This document shows positions 56,801 through 64,000 of a stretch of 64,000 nt of DNA, one piece after another. The notes under the pieces are model-generated. The model was not told where the DNA came from. It searched no databases and saw only the letters and a list, made by a program, of their open reading frames with translations. Source of the stretch: Azolla caroliniana (lineage: Eukaryota > Plantae > Polypodiophyta); assembly GCA_043228905.1 (NCBI GenBank), contig JBHGNT010000012.1:11966001-12030000 (forward strand). Direction: 5' to 3'. Every line of letters begins with the position of its first letter. Position 1 is the stretch's first letter. A program made the translations under genes and the position numbers.

Positions 56801-59800
56801 GTTTCGGTGTTGCTTGCCGAATTGGCACGCTTCGCATACACCTTCAATCTCCTTCTCTTTGAATGTCGGGAGTCCGATGACGACTCCTTTCGATTTCATT
56901 GCTTTGAGTTTGTTGAGATTGATGTGGCCGATTTGCTTGTGCCACAAATCTATGTCGGAGTCGGCTTTCATGCCCTTTGCGAACATGGCCGATTTCATCT
57001 CATGTGAGTCGAGAATGAACATTCGGCCCTCTCTTCATCCGCGTGCAATGAGTCGGCCCTCTTTTTCGATGATGCAACCGCATTGATTAAATCGAACTTG
57101 CATCCCTTGCTCTACAATTTGGCCGACGGAGACCAAATTCTTCATAATGGTCAGTAAATGCAAGACTATTTTAATGTAAATTTGCTTACCTTCTTTTCCG
57201 AACGGAACATTACCGATGTGCCGAATCGGGTGCGTAGTGTCAGAACCAAGGATAAAAGATAGAGTGATGGAAGAAGGATAGAGAAGAATGGATGTATAAG
57301 ATAGAGAAAGAAAGAGAATGGATACAAGATATGTAATGAGAGCTAAAGACTGGTGTTGATTCGAATTGATTTGAGAATACATGTATGCGCTTATTTATAG
57401 TTTCCTATAGAATAGCTTAGAGATTTCTAGAATGTTCTAGAATGTTCTAGACCTAGAATGCTCTAGGACATTCTTGAACATTCTATCATAATCTAGAGTT
57501 TTTACAATAATCAATGTAATACAAGAAGTAGCTTTTATTGTTTCATATAACAATAAGCTATCTTAATGGTTGAGGTTTTCAAGTATGAATTACCAGGTTC
57601 GAGGTTCAAGTCCGGGTGACGCCATAATGGTCATGTGTTCATGACACTATCCCTCCTTCGAGAACGCCGAGTGGAAGTCGGCGTTAACATTGTTGGGCCG
57701 GGCTTGTTTGGATAGTGACGATGGAAGTCGTTGACCAGAGCTTCAGCATTACAAACGTTATCGATGGGTTCCCAAGTGCGATCACTCGGAGGATAACCAA
57801 GCCAATCAACTAGATAATAAAGCTTATTGCGCACAATCTTAGAATCGAGAATAGCAGCTACCTCGTATTCGGGGCCGTCCACAAGTTGTACAGAAGGCGG
57901 TGGTGGCACGACACGATCAGGAATTAAAGAGGTGTGGCAAAGTTCCAAAAGAGAGCTATGAAAGACAGGGTGAAGCCGCATATGTGCAGGAAGGTTAAGA
58001 CGAAATGTTGCATCATTAATCTGCGCCGTGATGACAAAAGGACCTAAGCGTTGATAGTCAAGCTTAGCACACGGTCGGGTAGTCTTGATGTGACGACGAA
58101 GCAACCATACACGGTCACCAACCTTAAACGAAGACTTAAGACGATGTCGATCGACATTGGTCTTATGGTGTGCTTGCGCTTTCTGAAGATGTGACGATAA
58201 CTCGAACTGGATTTGTTGTAGTCGGTGGAGGTGATGCGCCGCACTAGGGTTTCGTGACACCTCGGGAAGATCCAGTATACACCATCGAGGGTGGTTGCCG
58301 GTGTAGGCAAAGAAAGGTGTAACTTTGGTAGAAGAGTGGACCGTGTTGTTGTATGCAAACTCGGCAAGATGTAAAATTTTACTCCAATCATCTTGTTGAT
58401 AACTAATGAAACATCGAAGATATTGCTCGAGCGTCTGATTTGTGCGCTCTGTTTGTCCGTCAGTTTGTGGATGATAAGCCGAAGAGAGTTTGCAAGAGAT
58501 TTTGAGGCCTGCCCATAGGTGCTTCCAAAAGTGTGAGATAAATTGAGGACCTCGATCGCTAATAATATCATTCGGGAGACCATGATGGCGAAACACTTCA
58601 CGCATAATGAGATCTGCAGTTTCTTCACTATTGATGGTCTTTACACATGGTACAAAATGTGCCATCTTGGTGAACCGATCCACTACTGTTAAAATAGTAT
58701 CAAAGCCTTTGGAAGGTGGCAGATCCGTAATGAAATCCATAGAAATAGACTGCCATGGCTTGTTGGGAGGGGGTAATGGTTGTAGTAAGCCATAAGGGTG
58801 ATGCCGGGGTATTTTGGCGCGACAGCAGGTGTCACAAGTGCGAACATAATCTTCGACAAATTTTTGTAAGTGAGACCACCAAAACGAACGTTTCACCAGC
58901 TCAATGGTCTTGGAAATACCAAAATGTCCAGCCATGGGGGCATCATGACAATGTTCCAACACTTGAAGTCAGGGTGATCCGTCGGGGACGTAAAGGAGAT
59001 TCTTGTAGAAGAGTAAACCATCTTGCCACTTGAAGTCCTGATAATGTTGAGATGACCCTGGCAATGTGGAGCAAGATGGACGACTTGAACCACAGTGGGC
59101 TAAGACATCCTTAGCAAAATCATCCGAATGAAGTTGTTGCCGAATAATGTCAAGAAGGGTAGAATCAAGTGGTGTGGCATAAATTGTTGTTACCTGTAGC
59201 TTTGATGGCTCGAGGAGAGTTTGCTTTTGATTGTCAAAGGCCGGATCTCCAGGTCAAAGTGCTAGATACGAACGCCGAGACAGAGCATCTACTTTCCCTT
59301 GTTGTTTTCCGGGGCGAAAAATGATCTTGAAATCGAAACGCGTTAGAAATTGGGCCCACCGAGCTTGTCGTCTATTTAATACTCGAGCTGTTTGAAAATA
59401 TGTGAGATTTTTGTGATCACTATAAATGATAATCTGATGAGGTGATCCTTCTAGAAAATGACGCCATTGCTCGAATGAGTCGACCACAACTAGTAACTCC
59501 TTGTCATGCACCTCATAGTTTATCTCCGAAACAGTAAACTTTCTCGAGTGAAACGTGACTGGATGTATCTGCCCGTCCTCGCTTGGTTGCGATAGGATAC
59601 TCCCCAATGCAAAGTCTGATGCATCCGCCTCAATAGTAAATGGCTTTTCAGGATCAATATGTGCTAGGATGGGTGCTGATGTGAATGCCTCTTTTAGCTG
59701 CGTAAAAGCCTTGTCCGCTTCGATACTCCAAAAAAATGCTTGATTTTTCTTGGTGAGTTGAGTAAGGGGCAACACAATGCTTGAATAATTATGTATGAAT

Positions 59801-61512
59801 TTGCGATAGAAGTTCGCAAATCCGAGGAAACACTGGACATCCCGAACTGAGCATGGGGGTTTCCATTCCAATATTGTTTGGACTTTTGCCGGGTCCATGA
59901 AAACACCCTGGGATGAAATAGTGTATCCCAAAAATTTGACTTGTTTGCTCTAGGACATTCTTGAACATTCTAGCATAATCTAGAGTTTTTACAATAATCA
60001 ATGTAATACAAGAAGTAGCTTTTATTGTTTCATATAACAATAAGCTATCTTAATGGTTGAGGTTTTCAAGTATGAATTACAAGGTTCGAGGTTCAAGTCC
60101 GGGTGACGCCATAATGGTCATGTGTTCATGACACGTAGTGTCATCTCCGGTTTCGACATAACCGGGTCGCTCCGGCTCTCGAAGTTCGAGAAACCATTCT
60201 TTATGAGATGTCATATGGTTTGAGGCTCCGGAGTCAACAAACCATACGTCCTCCGGATTGAGGGCACTAGTTGAGGTAGAGGCCAACATAGAGTTTGCTC
60301 TATGTTTCATTATGAACATTCTGCCACGGTCGGAGTTGTATGCGTACATTCCCCCACGATCCTCGTAGTCGGAGTTGTGCCCGTACATTCCGCTATACTC
60401 TTCGTAGTCGGAATTGTGCGCGTAATTCATGAGTTTTCGGCTTGTGGAAGCCGATTCACGCATCTTCTTTCGGCACTCTTCTTCGTGGTGGCCGAGCTTT
60501 CCGCAATATCTGCATTCGGTTGCGTTTTGACGGCTCGGACAGGAGTGGAAGCTCCCCCTTCTTGCGAAGGTTCCTCATTGGCCTCCGTTTTGCGGCCGAA
60601 ATTGGGAGTTGTTATCGTAGGTCGGACCTCATCCGCCTTGTCCTTGGCCGAATCGACCTCTCGACCGTCCGCGTCCTATCCCTCCGTTCGAGTGCGTGTA
60701 GAGCATGTGGCCTTCCGACTCATTGCTCCTTGTACGACGTGGTTTTCTTCGACCAATAGCATTGATTGGAGCTCGAAGGAGGGAGATTTCTCCCGTGCTA
60801 GAACGGCAGTTCGCATCGCGCCGAACCGTGGTGCGAGGCCGCCGAGGTATATTTGAACCATCTCATCATCATCGATATTTACGCTTATTGAGCCGAGCGA
60901 ATCGCAAAGCTCCTTGATCTTCGAGGTGTATGTCGTGATGGACATGTCCCTTTGTTGAATGTTCAACTCTTGGCGGAGTTGAAGCTTTCTTGCGGTTGTG
61001 TTCGCCGTGAAAATCTTTCGTATATTTTCCCATGCCTCCTTCAGCATCTTGGCTTCGTGAATGTAGCCGAGCATGTGATCGTGAACACATGTTGCCAAGC
61101 AATACATCACGCGGCTTGCGGCTTGCTCCCATGTCGCGTATTCGGGAGCTGCTTCGGCGAGTCGGTCTTCATGCACTCCTTTGATGTAGCTCCAATAGCC
61201 TTGTCCAACAAGGTATTGGTGCATCTTGTACTCCCATAATGCGAAGTTGTTTCGATCCAACTTCTCGGTAGGGAGAGCGCTCCCCATTTGAGTATTCATT
61301 ATGTCGATTCTTCTTCTTCTTCTTCTCTCTTCGAATGCGAGCTATGTAGCGAAGCTACGATAGCAATGAGCTGGTTCTTGGTTGTCGGCGTAGAGCACAA
61401 CACACGATCACGATGAGGCGAATGGGCTAGATCGAGCTACCAAATCGCTCTGATACCATGTAAATAATTGGGTAGGATTCTTGTGTAGCGGAATAGGTGT
61501 GAATTGTGTGTG

Positions 61513-61573
<61 letters not shown>

Positions 61574-61876
61574 AGGAGTAAGACACAGAGTATACGCAAG
61601 TTAGATTATATTAACAAGGGAGAAAGACTCAACATCATACAAGGTGGGAGGAGGGTGCTTGATATAGTCACCCTCTCTCTTCATTAACTACAAGACTCAT
61701 GGAGCATGGGGAATGTGAAAGCTCGTAAGTTATGTGTCATAGAATACAATTCTATGACTCATACTAAATGCTAGAATACAAAGAGGTGACATAATGGTGA
61801 CTCTTGACCATTGGAGTGTCTATTCACTCTCAAGGTGAGTTCACACACTAGACCAAGTTGAGCTTGATTCTCAACA
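53810..61876 (-). mobile_element. Ty1/copia element B, same family as A (5' LTR 61459-61876, PBS 61447-61458, 3' LTR 53810-54195), with an RT deletion and a nested chromovirus
   Basis: TSD TTGAC (53805-53809 and 61877-61881). Gag MNTQMGSALPTEKLDRNNF at 61299. Integrase 56201-57022, RNase H 54501-55106. Deletion junction at ~55363 removes the YVDD region. Confidence 0.97.
57238..60133 (-). mobile_element. Deleted Ty3/gypsy chromovirus (Tcn1-like): partial 5' LTR 59946-60133, RT end-RNase H-integrase-chromodomain, 3' LTR 57238-57646
   Basis: TSD CGTAG (57233-57237 and 60134-60138). RNase H EADASDFALG..NYEVHDKELL, integrase HHCC/DDE/GPF motifs, chromodomain EYEVAAILDSK...YLVDWLGYPPSDRTWEP. PPT gaagggagggatag. 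Confidence 0.95.
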
Positions 61877-62418
61877 TTGACCATATCTTCACACTTAGGT
61901 GCTTAATTGACCAGACGAAGGCTCGTAAGAAGAAACTATAATGTTGATTTGTGGACTTCCGCAAAGCCTTTGACACAGTTCCTAGAGAGAAGTTGTTTGA
62001 TAGACTTAAGAGTTTTGAGATACCAAATGACATGATCTGGGCCATTTATGCCCTATATGAGCAAGTCTCTAGGTGCATAAGATGCCCAGGTGACCTATCC
62101 GATTGTTTCACTAGCATCATTGGTGTAAAACAGGGTTTCCCCCTATCACCGACTCTTTTTGGGATCTACATTGATGAGATCACTGATTTTATTGCCCGTA
62201 AAGGAGGCAAGGGAGTAGTTATTGGGGATACGCAAGTTATTCTCTTACTCTTCGTAGACGACATTGTTTTGCTCTCGGAGTCAGAACACGACCTACAAAA
62301 GCATCTTAATGCCCTAGATGACTTTTGTACACAACGAGGACTGGTAGTGAATCTAGCAAAAACTAAAGTCTTTATCTTTCATACATCGTCCCGAGTTAGG
62401 AGTAAATGTCACCTAATC

Positions 62419-63064
62419 GCTGGTGAGGAAATTTTTACACTAATTTCCGTTGATTATGCAGGATTTTTAGTGGACATTGACAAGATGCTAATCGCCGAGA
62501 TGGCTGATGTGGACTGTATGAAGGATTTTTGTGGACATTGGCAACATGCCAAGATGGTATACAAAGAGTTTGACAAATCATCCCTACATGAACTCACCAA
62601 AGAAATTTGAAGAAATGTGTATATTGGGAGAGTAAGCTGATCAAGACGGTCATATTGGTCTACGGGGTTGTTTACCTCTATTTTCTCATGCTGATGAAAA
62701 GTATATAGGACTACGGTGGAGGAGATGTATATTCTCGATGGTCGTGGAGATGAAGGAGATGGTAGTTGTTGACATGGGTCCAAGGTGGCCCACTACATTT
62801 TTATTCCAACATGGAGAATAGGTTAAAGGAAAGCAAAGCAAAATTGTTTGCATTGGTGAACAGGAGGTCATGGTCATATTTGAATGGAGGACATACTTCT
62901 ATGTTCATTACATGTAAAATGTCTCATGGTATTCCTTTTTAGTCTTTCACTTCCCTTAGTTGTGGTTTTCAAAGGTAATCATGGCTACAACCATTGTAAT
63001 ATTTTTAGTCTAGTCATTTCGTCATGTATGCAGAATTCTACTAATGAAGAATATCTTCTTTTGG
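62419..63064 (+). mobile_element. 646-bp TSD-flanked insertion in the LINE RT, probably the 3' end of another non-LTR element
   Basis: 14-bp TSD aatgtcacctaatc at 62405-62418 and 63065-63078. Its 3' end ctaatgaagaatatcttcttttgg resembles the L1 tail at 10168-10194. Confidence 0.75.
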
Positions 63065-64000
63065 AATGTCACCTAATCCTCTCTCATAAACTAGTTGAGG
63101 TAGTTAGATCATATGTATACTTGGGAGTCACTTTTAGTGCTCACTTAGGTAAATTCTCGAAGACCCAGGCAACCAAAGATAGGCTAACGAGAGGGTATGC
63201 ATCCCTCTCACTCTTAGAGAGACAATGCCACCAGGCATACTTTCAAGAGCCACGGACTAAGGGATGGCTCTTCGACTCATTAGTGACCCCTTCCCTCATG
63301 TATGCATCAGTAGTATGGGCTCCAGATCTACCATCTTTCATGTGGACGCAATTAGAGACACCTTTGGTGATGATGTTATCATGTCAACTCCGAAGCAAAT
63401 CGATAGTACCACATGACATTATTAGAGCAGAGTTCAGTCTGCCCCCGATGTTAGTAGAAGCACCGTTTCAAGTGGTATTTTTTATTCATCGGATACATAG
63501 CCAACCACAATATAGGATATCCCGTCGAGGCTTTGAGGCATCTCGATCCCTACATGCGTCTGGAGACACTAGCTCTTGGTATAACACTGTGGTGAGTTGG
63601 TTACTTGCAAACGGCATAGACATTAATAACCTACTCCCCCCTTAAGTACAACCATGGGACTGACCAAACTCTAATATCTCATGAAGATTGTAATAAAGTT
63701 ATACGCCAAGAAATATGGCAAATTTACACTCGATATAAATGGATCACCCCACGAGAGGCACTCCCATCTAAAATGTTGTACTATAAGGAACACTTCTTGC
63801 CCTTCTCTCAGTTAGGTTTTATTACACAACCAAGATATCTAGATACATTCTTATCAAATGCACTAAGGGTTGCCATTGGACAACTTAGGATATCATCTCA
63901 CCAACTTGAGATTGAGAATGGTCAGGCTAATAGAGTCCCTAAGGAGGAAAGGCTATATAGGTTGTGCCACATAGAGATAGAGGATGAGTATCACTTCACA

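Larger units (their letters stand above)
44682..64000 (+). mobile_element. Near full-length, decayed RTEX-like LINE in four segments (44682-46679, 53154-53809, 61877-62418, 63065->64000)
   Basis: ORF1 from 44747 (coiled coil, RRLNVRVTG, IYLNEDLT). ORF2 endonuclease LWNCNG...GDFNA...STVDY...ADH. RT PIHKRG..PNTYRTI..QAGFRR | IDHIFTL..DFRKAFD..GVKQGFPLSP..FVDD | YVYLGV. C-terminal LRISSHQLEIENG...LCHIEIEDEYHF. The sequence is continuous once TSD-bounded inserts are removed. Confidence 0.92.

Noticed and set aside
57555-57625. Functional tRNA gene
   Set aside because: Acceptor, anticodon and T stems do not pair properly; kept only as a tRNA-like motif.

Overview
Repeat-rich plant nuclear DNA; the TE families suggest a fern or other non-seed land plant, which is an inference. 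Two convergent, intron-rich host genes sit in the middle: a mitochondrial ribosomal protein mS35 (S24/S35-type) gene (+, ~11091-19980) and a 22-exon ATAD1/Msp1-like AAA+ ATPase gene (-, 24186-44215). The left 10.5 kb is a pile of broken copia, gypsy and LINE pieces, a solo LTR, and a TIR element carrying an L1 3' end. The right 19 kb is one RTEX-like LINE split by two same-family copia elements in opposite orientation and by a short TSD-flanked insert. One copia carries a 1-kb TGT...ACA element with 12-bp TIRs and a 4-bp TSD; the other carries a deleted chromovirus whose LTRs hold a tRNA-like motif. A degenerate U6 snRNA fragment lies between the AAA gene start and the LINE 5' end. An intronic copia appears circularly permuted. 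All coordinates were read by eye, and no novel system can be asserted from sequence alone.
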